This document shows, one piece after another, positions 1 to 8,043 of a stretch of 31,366 bases of DNA. The position numbers and the translations under genes are program-made. The number at the start of each line of letters is the position of its first letter. The stretch's first letter is position 1. The notes beneath the pieces were generated by a model. That model ran no database searches and was not told the origin of the DNA. It saw nothing but the letters and a program-made list of their open reading frames with translations. This DNA is from Elusimicrobiota bacterium (lineage in GTDB: Bacteria > Elusimicrobiota > Elusimicrobia > UBA1565 > UBA9628), in assembly GCA_027319565.1 (NCBI GenBank), contig DAHVNA010000026.1, positions 1 through 31,366 of the forward strand. The letters run 5' to 3'.

Positions 1-291
1 CATTGCGGACAATCAAGCCATATTTTCTCGGAAGGCGGAGCTCGCTTTGTCTCGGAAAAATACCAGATTCCCATTTTAGGAAATATTCCGCTCGATCCCG
101 CGGTTTGTCAGGCCGGAGAATCGGGCCGACCGCTGGTCACTCTTGAGAAATCCGCGACCGCCCAGGCTTTTCGCTCACTGGCCCGGCAGGTGGCTGCCCG
201 GGTGAGCGTCGTCTCGGCAAAAACCAAACCTATTGAAATAAAAATAAAGGCCTCTACGGCCAATGAACAAAACAAGGAGGCGATGATATGA
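1..291 (+). CDS. mrp: Mrp/NBP35 (ApbC) Fe-S cluster carrier ATPase, C-terminal part (5'-truncated by window)
   Basis: Manual frame +1 translation HCGQSSHIFSEGGARFVSEKYQIPILGNIPLDPAVCQAGESGRPLV...AFRSLARQV matches the Mrp C-terminus (CG..IF..GG, LG.IPLD, G.P). TGA at 289-291 overlaps the next ATG. Not in the ORF track. Confidence 0.88.
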   Translation, partial: HCGQSSHIFSEGGARFVSEKYQIPILGNIPLDPAVCQAGESGRPLVTLEKSATAQAFRSLARQVAARVSVVSAKTKPIEIKIKASTANEQNKEAMI

Positions 292-782
292 CCCAAACGA
301 CTGTTGCCGGACCCGCTTCGGAAACGACTCCGATTGCCATTGGAGCTACCGCTCCGGACTTTACCCTTCCCGATCAAGACAAGAATAATTTCCATCTGGA
401 AGATTACAAGCACAAAAAGCCCGTCGCTCTTTTTTTCTATCCTTTGGACTGGAGCCCTACTTGCTCTAAAGAAAATGTTTGCTTTACCCAGGACTTGTCG
501 CGCTTTTCCAAATATGCGGAAGTGGTCGCGATTTCAACTGATTCGACCTGGTCCCATAAGGCTTGGGCCGAAAAAATGGGGCTTAAACATCGACTCTTGT
601 CGGATATGCACCGCAAGGTGGTCAAGGCTTACGGGTTTTATCACCCAGCCGGAAACATGGGCCAAAGGGGAACGGTTCTCATTGATAAAGATGGAAAAGT
701 GGCTTGGGTTAAGGTTGAAGCCGATATCACCAAAGAGCGCAATTATTCCGAGGTCGAAGAGCAGCTTAAGAAGCTTTCCTAA
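288..782 (+). CDS. Peroxiredoxin (AhpC/TSA family, BCP/AhpE-like)
   Basis: APDFTLPDQ and FFYPLDWSPTC (PxxxS/TxxC peroxidatic motif), AISTDS, LLSD, QRGTVLIDKDG; AAGGAGG at 274-280. Confidence 0.9.
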   Translation: MTQTTVAGPASETTPIAIGATAPDFTLPDQDKNNFHLEDYKHKKPVALFFYPLDWSPTCSKENVCFTQDLSRFSKYAEVVAISTDSTWSHKAWAEKMGLKHRLLSDMHRKVVKAYGFYHPAGNMGQRGTVLIDKDGKVAWVKVEADITKERNYSEVEEQLKKLS

Positions 783-793
783 GCGGAGGCTAA

Positions 794-839
794 GCGGGGC
801 GCTTTTGCCGTCCACCGGACGGTTTAAAAGGCGCCCCGC
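794..839. other. Long GC-rich intergenic stem-loop
   Basis: GCGGGGCGC-TTTT-GCCGTCC-ACC-GGACGG-TTT-AAAAG-GCGCCCCGC; no U-tract on either side. Confidence 0.6.
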
Positions 840-846
840 GTAATTT

Positions 847-1929
847 ATGTTTATCATTGCCCGCTATCTCTTGCGGAAGTTCATCCCTTTGTTTTTCCTC
901 AGCCTCATGGTTTTGGTCGGGATTTTAATGATGAGCCATTTTTTGAGGCTGTTTAGTTTGGCGGTCATGAAGGGAATTCCGATTTTGTGGGTGATCGGCT
1001 GTTTTACCCGGCTTTTGCCTTTTATCCTGTCCTTGGCCCTGCCGATGGCCTTTTTGGTTTCGATTCTGCTCAGTTTCGGAGACTTGTCCCAAGGAAGCGA
1101 GATCATGGCCATGCGCAGTTGCGGGATTTCTTTTTGGGGAATTGTCTGGCCTTTTTTTGTCGTGACTATTCTTCTGTCCGCGACTCTGTTTTATCTCAAT
1201 CATAAAGCTAGTCCCGAGGGTTATCACGCCTTTCGAAAACAATATTTGCGCGCTTCAAGCCATATCAATCATATTGATCTAGAGCCGGGTTCATTTTTGA
1301 TTTTGGGGACTTGGAAATTATATGCCGCCAAAACCGATAAAAAGACAGGGCATATGGAGAATGTCTATCTTGTGGATATTTCAAAAACCCGCGATTTGCG
1401 CATTGTTTCTCCCGAGGGACGCTTGACGGTTCAAAAAGCCTTGGGGGCTAAGCTCGTGTTGAAAGACGGCTCGATTTTTTTCCCCAATTCAGATCCCACG
1501 AAACTCACGGTCGGACATTTTTCCACTTATCAGGTGGATATTCCTTTGACCGAAGAGGGAGGTTCTTCCTCCATGGATATTCCGGAGATGAATTCGCGGA
1601 CCTTGATTGAAAGGATTCACAATCCTAAGACGACACCCCAGCATCAGCGCGAGTACCGCGTGGAGCTGGCGGTCAGAAGCGCGGAGGCTTTGTCTCCCTT
1701 GATATTTTTTTTAATCAGCGTTCCTATTGGCGTCGGGCTTGGGAGGGACAGCCGGGCGCGAAGTTTCGCCCTCAGTTTGGGGATTTTGTTCGCCTTCTAT
1801 GGACTTCTTAGCTTTGGAATCGGGATGGGGAGAAGAAACCCCAAACTCTCCGATATCGCCCCTTGGGCGGCGGACGCGGCCGGGCTCGTCGCCGGGATTT
1901 TTCTTTATATCAGGGCCTCGACTTTGTGA
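847..1929 (+). CDS. lptF: LPS export ABC transporter permease LptF (YjgP/YjgQ family)
   Basis: N-terminal IIARYLLRKF, 3 TM + periplasmic beta region + 3 TM, LPMAFL...SEIMAMRSCGISF motif; first of a tandem pair. Confidence 0.85.
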   Translation: MFIIARYLLRKFIPLFFLSLMVLVGILMMSHFLRLFSLAVMKGIPILWVIGCFTRLLPFILSLALPMAFLVSILLSFGDLSQGSEIMAMRSCGISFWGIVWPFFVVTILLSATLFYLNHKASPEGYHAFRKQYLRASSHINHIDLEPGSFLILGTWKLYAAKTDKKTGHMENVYLVDISKTRDLRIVSPEGRLTVQKALGAKLVLKDGSIFFPNSDPTKLTVGHFSTYQVDIPLTEEGGSSSMDIPEMNSRTLIERIHNPKTTPQHQREYRVELAVRSAEALSPLIFFLISVPIGVGLGRDSRARSFALSLGILFAFYGLLSFGIGMGRRNPKLSDIAPWAADAAGLVAGIFLYIRASTL

Positions 1930-3014
1930 TCAATACTTTTTCTCGGTATATGTTCCGCCGTTTTTTGGCGCCTTTTCTCTTTGGAGTTTTTCTTTTTTCC
2001 CTGCTTATATTTCTCGGCGACATGTTCGATAAAATGAATGATCTTTTAAAAAGTTCGGCTTCCTTGGGGGTGATTTTAGAATTTCTCTGGTTGGAAGTTC
2101 CCTATTGGACCGGCCGCGTGATTCCGATGGCGACCTTGCTTGCGACCTTAACGGCCTTGATTGGATTTGTGCAAAGCGGAGAATGGCTGGGGGCGGAATC
2201 TTGCGGGTTTCAGACGCGCTCTTTTTGGGTGCCGATTTTGATTTCGTCCATCTTTGTTTCTCTATTTAGCTTTGCCTTTCAGGAGACCTTATTTCCTTTG
2301 TGCTTTAGACAGGCGGAACGCCTCTGGCAGGTCAAGATTCATCCGGAATGGGAATGGAATCAGTATTACAATATCGCTTTAATCGGCGCTCCCGATGAAT
2401 TTTTACAGGCGACTGTCTTTATCGCGGGCCAGGGCCTGATGCAGAGGCCCCTTCTTGAAAAGATGGGTAAAAACGGGGTGGAATTTCAATTGGATGCCGA
2501 AAAAGCCCTATGGGATTCTTCTCTTAAAAAATGGATTTTTTATCAGGGGGTGTTTAGAAGTTTTTCGGGAGGGCGTTTTAAGGAAGAGGTTTTTTCCAAG
2601 AGAGACTCCGATTTGGATGTTCCGCCCAAGGATCTGATTCCCAGGACGAAAAATCCGGATGAGATGAGTTTAAGGGAGTTAAGGCGCTATTCAAAAAGAA
2701 TGGCGGCCTTGGGAGTGTCTCCGCTTGAGCTTGAGACCGCCGCCGACTCAAAAATCGCTTATCCCATCAGCAACTTCATTATTTGCGCCCTGGGAATTCC
2801 GATTGCCCTTAAACTGAGAAGGCTTCCCAAGGCTGGAATTTTCTTCATCGCCCTAGCGGTTTCGTTTTTGTATTTATGGCTGATGGAAATATCGAAAGCT
2901 CTGGGTTCCAGCGGCGTCATTTCTCCGCTTGCTGCGGCTTGGATTCCAAATCTAGTTTTCGGCTCTCTGGCGGCGGTCGGTCTTAGCCTTTACGGGGAGC
3001 CGTCCAGTCTGTGA
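1926..3014 (+). CDS. lptG: LPS export ABC transporter permease LptG
   Basis: Probable GTG start at 1926 (GTGA overlap with lptF stop): VINTFSRYMFRRF, IPMATLLA, PDEMSLRELRRY, C-terminal SPLAAAWIPN. Confidence 0.85.
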   Translation: MINTFSRYMFRRFLAPFLFGVFLFSLLIFLGDMFDKMNDLLKSSASLGVILEFLWLEVPYWTGRVIPMATLLATLTALIGFVQSGEWLGAESCGFQTRSFWVPILISSIFVSLFSFAFQETLFPLCFRQAERLWQVKIHPEWEWNQYYNIALIGAPDEFLQATVFIAGQGLMQRPLLEKMGKNGVEFQLDAEKALWDSSLKKWIFYQGVFRSFSGGRFKEEVFSKRDSDLDVPPKDLIPRTKNPDEMSLRELRRYSKRMAALGVSPLELETAADSKIAYPISNFIICALGIPIALKLRRLPKAGIFFIALAVSFLYLWLMEISKALGSSGVISPLAAAWIPNLVFGSLAAVGLSLYGEPSSL

Positions 3015-3015
3015 T

Positions 3016-3822
3016 TTATTGATACCGAATCAGCTCGGTGTCAGGGCTTTCATAACCCGGCCCCGCGATCGTGGTTTTGATCTCTCCGACAAACGGGGCG
3101 TAGTAGGTGTATTTCCAAGAGAGAGGAAATCTCCCGTAAGCTTCCTTGACTTTAAGGCATCCGGAAAAAACTCCCGCGGCGGTTTTCACCACAGAAGAGG
3201 TAGAAATAATCTCAAAATACTTGCTATTTTTTCCGCCGCTAAATTCCCATCTTTGTCCGGCATGGAAAGGATATTTGAGTATGGGAATCGAGGACGCGCC
3301 CTCGACACGAAAAACCGACCAATCCTTTTTTTGGAATAAGAATTTCCCGCGGCGGACTAGATTTTTACCCGCGTAGAGAGAACTGACGATGGCGTTTTTA
3401 TCCGCTTTTCCGCCCAGAGTTTTCCATTCGTCTTTCATGTTTTTGCCTAGGCTTAAACTGTCTCCGTATATCCAGGTTCTTCCGGGTTCTAAAGGGAAAT
3501 AATCCGGACAGCTTAAAATTCCGAGGACCGCTTGTTGAAACCAGGGATTTTTGGGAGGCAGATCGCGCGCGACCGATTCGTAATCGGAAACCGCCTGGTC
3601 GCAGCGGTGAAAGACCTGGGCCTCGATATCTCCCCGACGAAGCTTCACTTCTACGGCGCGGGAAGATTTTGGCGGCGAAATCTTTAAAAATTGATTATAG
3701 AGATTAAAGGCCGCGATTTTGTTTCCAACTCCGTCCTCTAACTTTCCGACGTGGTAGTCATATGAGGAGCATCCGGCGAAACTCATCAGACAAAGAAGAT
3801 AAAGGAAGTTTATTTTTTCCAT
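3016..3822 (-). CDS. Putative lipoprotein: helical TPR-like N-domain plus DUF3108/TapB-like beta domain
   Basis: Probable ATG at 3822, MEKINFLYLLCLMSFAGC with lipobox FAG-C; DYFPLEPGRTWIY and VKTAAGVFSGCLKV...YYAPFVGEIK patterns. Confidence 0.6.
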   Translation of the reverse strand: MEKINFLYLLCLMSFAGCSSYDYHVGKLEDGVGNKIAAFNLYNQFLKISPPKSSRAVEVKLRRGDIEAQVFHRCDQAVSDYESVARDLPPKNPWFQQAVLGILSCPDYFPLEPGRTWIYGDSLSLGKNMKDEWKTLGGKADKNAIVSSLYAGKNLVRRGKFLFQKKDWSVFRVEGASSIPILKYPFHAGQRWEFSGGKNSKYFEIISTSSVVKTAAGVFSGCLKVKEAYGRFPLSWKYTYYAPFVGEIKTTIAGPGYESPDTELIRYQ

Positions 3823-3832
3823 TGTTTGCCGA

Positions 3833-4366
3833 TTAAGATAAGAGCCCATGGGCGCGAAAACTAAAAAAACCTTTTTTAGATACGATGAGGTGATCTAAAA
3901 GGGGAATTCCCAGAAGTTCTCCAGATTCTTTAAGCCGCCGAGTCGCGGTTTTATCTTCCGGAGAGGGAGAACAATCTCCCGAGGGGTGATTATGCGCGAC
4001 GATAAGCGCCGCAGAAGAGTGGCTGATGGCGGGCGCGAAAACTTCTCGCGGATGGACTAAACTCGCCGACAAGGTTCCTATGGAGACGGTTTCCGATAGG
4101 ATTAGCTGATTTCTTGAGTTTAAATAGAAAGCCAAAAAATTTTCCTTTTTCGCGGCTTTGACCGAAAAAGGAATCTGTTCCGCCACTCGTTCGGGGGCGT
4201 CAAGAATAGGCGGCATCTCTGGCTCAAAATCCGTTTCAATGATAGATTCCGTTTTCGGATTTTCCCGAATGAGAGGATTAAGAATTGAAATTAAAATCCC
4301 GGCCAAATCCTGAGCGCTCAGAGGAGCTTGAAAACCTTGTGGGAAAGCCGATATTGGGGGTTTCAT
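3833..4366 (-). CDS. radC: RadC/YicR-family JAB (MPN+) domain protein
   Basis: KENFLAFYLNSRNQLI, SIGTLSASLVHPREVF, AHNHPSGDCSPSPED, LLGIPLLDHLIV; probable ATG at 4366 overlapping the upstream TGA. Confidence 0.85.
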   Translation of the reverse strand: MKPPISAFPQGFQAPLSAQDLAGILISILNPLIRENPKTESIIETDFEPEMPPILDAPERVAEQIPFSVKAAKKENFLAFYLNSRNQLILSETVSIGTLSASLVHPREVFAPAISHSSAALIVAHNHPSGDCSPSPEDKTATRRLKESGELLGIPLLDHLIVSKKGFFSFRAHGLLS

Positions 4367-5388
4367 GGAATTGAAGCAGCGATGCGAGTTAATTTGTCCG
4401 TCTCCAAGGAAGAAACCAGAACCATCCTTAAGGAATTTTTCTGCCATGTCAGGGTTTTGACTTCGCTGTCGCGCGAGAGATAAGCGGAGGCTCCATTTTT
4501 GAGGGAGATTTTTTCTCCGCTCATTTTAGAGCCTAGATCTTTATACTCAAATAGAGAAATGGCGTTAATTCCGTCAGAGAATTCTTCTTGAATGACGGGA
4601 TGTCCCTGGTGAACGAGAGTTCTGATGTGGTCGAGCGCGTATCCAAAAGGAAGCCAGGAGGGAGTCAGGGGAGCGATTTTAAATTGCTTTTTTGCGCTTT
4701 GAAGAGAGATATCTAAAGACTCTTGAGCGGGATGAGATTTCTTGGGAGGTTTAAAAGCGAACCATTTTGGGGGAACGGGTTTTTTAACGAAAAATCTTAT
4801 CTTTTTGAAGTCGGATTTAGACTTTAATCGGCCGGAATCGTCGTAGACTTCGGTTTTAAGAATAACGCCATATTTAGGATCAAGCCAAAATATGCGGGAC
4901 AGGGAATGATTTTCCTTGGAGAATAGTTTGATTTTAAAAGCGCGTCTTCCGGCGGCATGGGAGGCCTTGGGCGAAGAAACGTCGTAATTGGCCTTAAGAG
5001 TATTTAATTCTTTTTGATTGTCTAGGGGAGCCGTGGGCGGCATTTTCCAATATTTCTTCGTGTCCCGGCGATAAATCCATTCTTCTTTATCGTTTAAAAT
5101 CGCGATTTCCTTGACCTTCCCGTTGGAGCCGAATACCTCGCGGCGGTAAAAATGGGGTGGGGCAAAACGAATGGAAGTCACAAAAGAGCCGCTGGATAAA
5201 TGAGAGGAGGCTGTCAATTCCATTTTGCCTTGATAAGGAACGGGCGATCCTTTGAGACTTTGGGCGATAAGGTCCCAGGAATTAGGCGTAATGTGTTTTT
5301 GGGGCGTCCGGGCCTGGAGAAAAAGCGGCGTAAAGACTACCCACAGGGCCCAGAAAACCGCGTTTGATAATGGATTTCCCATCTTCAT
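4363..5388 (-). CDS. MucB/RseB-like periplasmic sigma-E regulator
   Basis: Signal peptide; LolA-like region (AGRRAFKIKL, RIFWLDPKYGVILKTEVYD); C-domain PSWLPFGY and FSDGINAISLFE typical of MucB/RseB; third gene of an ECF operon. Confidence 0.75.
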   Translation of the reverse strand: MKMGNPLSNAVFWALWVVFTPLFLQARTPQKHITPNSWDLIAQSLKGSPVPYQGKMELTASSHLSSGSFVTSIRFAPPHFYRREVFGSNGKVKEIAILNDKEEWIYRRDTKKYWKMPPTAPLDNQKELNTLKANYDVSSPKASHAAGRRAFKIKLFSKENHSLSRIFWLDPKYGVILKTEVYDDSGRLKSKSDFKKIRFFVKKPVPPKWFAFKPPKKSHPAQESLDISLQSAKKQFKIAPLTPSWLPFGYALDHIRTLVHQGHPVIQEEFSDGINAISLFEYKDLGSKMSGEKISLKNGASAYLSRDSEVKTLTWQKNSLRMVLVSSLETDKLTRIAASIP

Positions 5389-5837
5389 TGGATTTCCTCG
5401 GCTCTCGGAAGGGCCAATTCCGTTTGAGATAAAGGGAGGCTCATCGCATATTCATTGTGAGCGGCCAATATCCAGTTCAGAGAAGGTTCGCTGGAAGGCT
5501 TAGGGAAAAATCGCGATCTAAACAAAAGTAAAGCCATGGCGGCGGCAAAGCCAAAACTGAGGGTTAAAGAAAGCCTCAGCGGCCAGGCGTGTTTTATCTG
5601 ATTTTGAGGTCGTTCTTTTCGTTTGAGAGAAGAGATAATTTCTTGAGCGAGGCTTTCCGGCATGGCGGGAATATACTCTGTAGAGGCGGCGCCCTTTTTT
5701 AAAAGAAGAAGTATTTCTTTTTCTTTCTGGCAGGCGGGGCATTGAGCGAGGTGCATGAGGGTCTGTTCTTTTTCTGTGCCCGTAAGTTCGCCGTCCACCA
5801 AGGCGTTGATATTTTCTTCCCAGACTTCGCACGTCAT
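5385..5837 (-). CDS. Zinc-finger (zf-HC2/ZAS) membrane-anchored anti-sigma factor
   Basis: MTCE...ALVDGEL...HLAQCPAC (HxxxCxxC), one TM helix, coupled to the ECF sigma by ATGA overlap. Confidence 0.88.
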   Translation of the reverse strand: MTCEVWEENINALVDGELTGTEKEQTLMHLAQCPACQKEKEILLLLKKGAASTEYIPAMPESLAQEIISSLKRKERPQNQIKHAWPLRLSLTLSFGFAAAMALLLFRSRFFPKPSSEPSLNWILAAHNEYAMSLPLSQTELALPRAEEIQ

Positions 5838-6367
5838 AAAGGGACCTCCTTAAATCGCTCTAAAAGCTTTATTTTTAACGCGCGCCGGGCCCGGGCGATG
5901 CGGGACCTGACTGTTCCCAAGGGACATCCCAGGGTTTGGGCGATCTGTTCATAAGAAAAGCCCTCCATATCGCAAAGAGTGAGAATGGCGCGGTATTCGC
6001 CGCTGATTTCCCGAAGACATTCTTCGACCGTCTTGGCCGTTTCCCGCCTCAGGAGCCGCTCTAAAAGAGGTTCTTCTCTATCCGCGAGCTTGTCGGCGAA
6101 GGTTTCAAGCCCGTTTTGAGGGTTAATGGGCGCGTCTAAAGAAAGGTTGAGAGAGCTTTTTCTGGAGACAGAGTCATAATAGATGTTTCTGAGGATCGTA
6201 AAAAAATAGCGATCGAAAGACTGGGAAGCGTCATAGCGTTCCCAGGTGCTTAAAACGCGCGCAAAGGCTTCTTGGACCAATTCCTTGGATTCCTCCACGT
6301 TTCCGGAAAGGCGATAGGCGAAATAGTATCCCTTTTCGGCGTATTGTTTAATTAAGCGATCAAGCAT
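5834..6367 (-). CDS. ECF RNA polymerase sigma factor (RpoE/SigW-like)
   Basis: Region 2 (AYRLSGNVEESKELVQEAF, YFFTILRN) and region 4 (EGFSYEQIAQTLGCPLGTVRSRIARARRAL). Confidence 0.92.
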   Translation of the reverse strand: MLDRLIKQYAEKGYYFAYRLSGNVEESKELVQEAFARVLSTWERYDASQSFDRYFFTILRNIYYDSVSRKSSLNLSLDAPINPQNGLETFADKLADREEPLLERLLRRETAKTVEECLREISGEYRAILTLCDMEGFSYEQIAQTLGCPLGTVRSRIARARRALKIKLLERFKEVPL

Positions 6368-6393
6368 AGCCTTGAATGAGACCTCTATACTGA

Positions 6394-6418
6394 TACGGAT
6401 GAGCCGCCAAAAAGTTCC
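6394..6418 (-). promoter_or_regulatory. Putative ECF autoregulatory promoter GGAAC-N16-CGTA
   Basis: Minus strand reads GGAAC-TTTTTGGCGGCTCATC-CGTA just upstream of the sigma ATG, matching the AAC-N16-CGT ECF promoter pattern. Confidence 0.65.
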
Positions 6419-6440
6419 CTCATTCGTCGAGAACGGCTTT

Positions 6441-6449
6441 ATTGTAGCA
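6441..6449 (-). promoter_or_regulatory. Putative extended -10 (TGcTACAAT) housekeeping promoter for the ECF operon
   Basis: Motif match only. Confidence 0.4.
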
Positions 6450-6498
6450 ATTCTGTTTTTCCCCGGCGGGCCGGCTATTTAGGTATAATGATAAAATC

Positions 6499-6572
6499 GG
6501 TGCGATACCCAAGTGGTCCAAGGGGACGGTCTGCAAAACCGTTATTCGCGGGTTCGAATCCCGCTCGCACCT
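6499..6572 (+). tRNA. tRNA-Cys (GCA)
   Basis: Acceptor stem GGTGCGA/TCGCACC, U discriminator, anticodon arm ACGGT-CTGCAAA-ACCGT, T arm GCGGG-TTCGAAT-CCCGC; CCA not encoded; TATAAT at 6484-6489. Confidence 0.95.
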
Positions 6573-6892
6573 TCGATATTCAGAGATAGAAAGTCGATTA
6601 AAAAAGAAGAGATTTTCCGGCGATCAGAGTTCCGAGTAAAAAAAATAAAACTAGTGAAATATCCGGAGATCTCTTGCTGGGCCGTTAAAACCCTGCCCTC
6701 AATCTCGAATTTTTGTCCGTGAATTTCCCAGGATAAGAGAACCCTGGACCCAACCTTGAGGGGCGCTAAGCTTGTTAATGCCGCTCCCTGGGAAGACAAG
6801 CCCGTCAGTCTTCCCCAATCTTCCTCCCGGGAGGGATCTGAAACGACAAGAAATCTCGCGGGAACGGCTCTGGGCAGAACGGTTTTTCTCAT
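6542..6892 (-). CDS. PilZ-like domain protein (degenerate ligand motifs)
   Basis: GRLTGLSSQGAAL (cf. D/NxSxxG), LKVGSRVLLSW, IEGRVL, FIFF...RRKISSFL follow the PilZ beta-barrel pattern; ATGA overlap with the upstream gene. Confidence 0.65.
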   Translation of the reverse strand: MRKTVLPRAVPARFLVVSDPSREEDWGRLTGLSSQGAALTSLAPLKVGSRVLLSWEIHGQKFEIEGRVLTAQQEISGYFTSFIFFTRNSDRRKISSFLIDFLSLNIEGASGIRTRE

Positions 6893-8040
6893 AAAGGATT
6901 GGGCTTTTGATGCCGAAATAGAATCGCTTTAGCTGAGCCGGCTGGCAGGCTTTGGGCGACAGTCCAGAAGTTTTTTCCGTCAAATCCAAGTCCCGTGGGA
7001 GCGTATTTCCCATTGGAATACTCGGGAAGCGGGGTTTTCGAGATAATTTGATCGGGGTGATTGATGTCGTGAAGGAGTATTTCTCTGTCAGGACCGTCTA
7101 AAGACCACAGGGAGTTGTGGATAAAAACAAGCGCGGTCGCTTGCGTTCCGGGATAGGGATAAGACGCGACTTCGCTTAAGCGAGAATCGGTGAGTCTTTT
7201 TGAGAGTCTTTTAGTCGCGCTGTTATAGGTCCAAAGGTAAAGCCCGTCAAAGGCGATAGCCGTTGTTTCGGGAACCTGATTGTAAGATTCAACTGGGGTG
7301 AGGCTGAGGTTTTTGAGCCGACGAACGATTTTTCCCGAGGCGTCCACGGTCCAAATGGCGTTGGGAGTCACGGCGATGGAAACGGGCATCTCATTGGGGA
7401 AATGAATAACCCGTTTGACGGCCCAAGAGCCTGTCGAATGCTCATAAAGAGACTGGCTGAACCAGTCGGCGACCCAGGCGTTTTCTCCGTCAAAGGCTAG
7501 GGCCGAGGGATAAAAATAAGGCAGAACCCAGGAATTTCTTTGCGAGAGTTGAGCCTCTCTAAGGGTTTCCGCGTGTTTGTGAATTATCCAGCCCGTAAGT
7601 CCCAAGGCCAATAGGGCCGTAAAAAAGAAAGCGTAAAAATATAATCCGCGAAGCGATGCGGGGGGGACCAGCGAAAGAGAAACGACGGGAAGTTTCCCGG
7701 CCCGGTTGAGGGCGGCCCTTAATTGTTCCTTGCCCAAAGGAAAAGAAAGGACTTCTTCAGATCCCAGGAGCATTAATTTAACGGCGCGCTGGGCGTCTCT
7801 GGAACTCAGAATGGAAATAACGGGCTTTTGAGGAAATAGAGAAATAGTTTCGCGCACAATTTCCTCAAAAGAAGAATTTTCTTCCAGGACCATGATGAGG
7901 CGCGGGTTTTGGGATCCGATGATTTCCTTAAGGCCGGCGAGATTGTCGACTCCGTAAACCAGGACCCCGATTTCTCCCAAGAGAAGCGAGATCTCGCGTC
8001 TTTTTTCCTCGGAAGAAGACAAGAGCGCAATTGAGATCAT
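6889..8040 (-). CDS. Membrane protein: receiver-like N-domain, one TM helix, beta-propeller-like C-domain
   Basis: PVISILSS...AVKLMLLGSEEVLSFP resembles REC a4-b5; TM at about aa 133-153; repeats ALAFDGENAWVAD, AIAFDGLYLWTY, GLGFDGKNFWTV. Confidence 0.6.
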   Translation of the reverse strand: MISIALLSSSEEKRREISLLLGEIGVLVYGVDNLAGLKEIIGSQNPRLIMVLEENSSFEEIVRETISLFPQKPVISILSSRDAQRAVKLMLLGSEEVLSFPLGKEQLRAALNRAGKLPVVSLSLVPPASLRGLYFYAFFFTALLALGLTGWIIHKHAETLREAQLSQRNSWVLPYFYPSALAFDGENAWVADWFSQSLYEHSTGSWAVKRVIHFPNEMPVSIAVTPNAIWTVDASGKIVRRLKNLSLTPVESYNQVPETTAIAFDGLYLWTYNSATKRLSKRLTDSRLSEVASYPYPGTQATALVFIHNSLWSLDGPDREILLHDINHPDQIISKTPLPEYSNGKYAPTGLGFDGKNFWTVAQSLPAGSAKAILFRHQKPNPL

Positions 8041-8043
8041 AAA

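Noticed and set aside
783..846. SECIS element or intrinsic terminator after the peroxiredoxin
   Set aside because: The active-site codon is TGC with no in-frame TGA, and the hairpin has no U-tract.
3833..4366. radC as a marker of a prophage or ICE
   Set aside because: No integrase, phage or conjugation genes nearby; it sits within a chromosomal operon.
6513..6722. 69-aa plus-strand ORF
   Set aside because: Begins inside tRNA-Cys and runs antisense to the PilZ-like gene.
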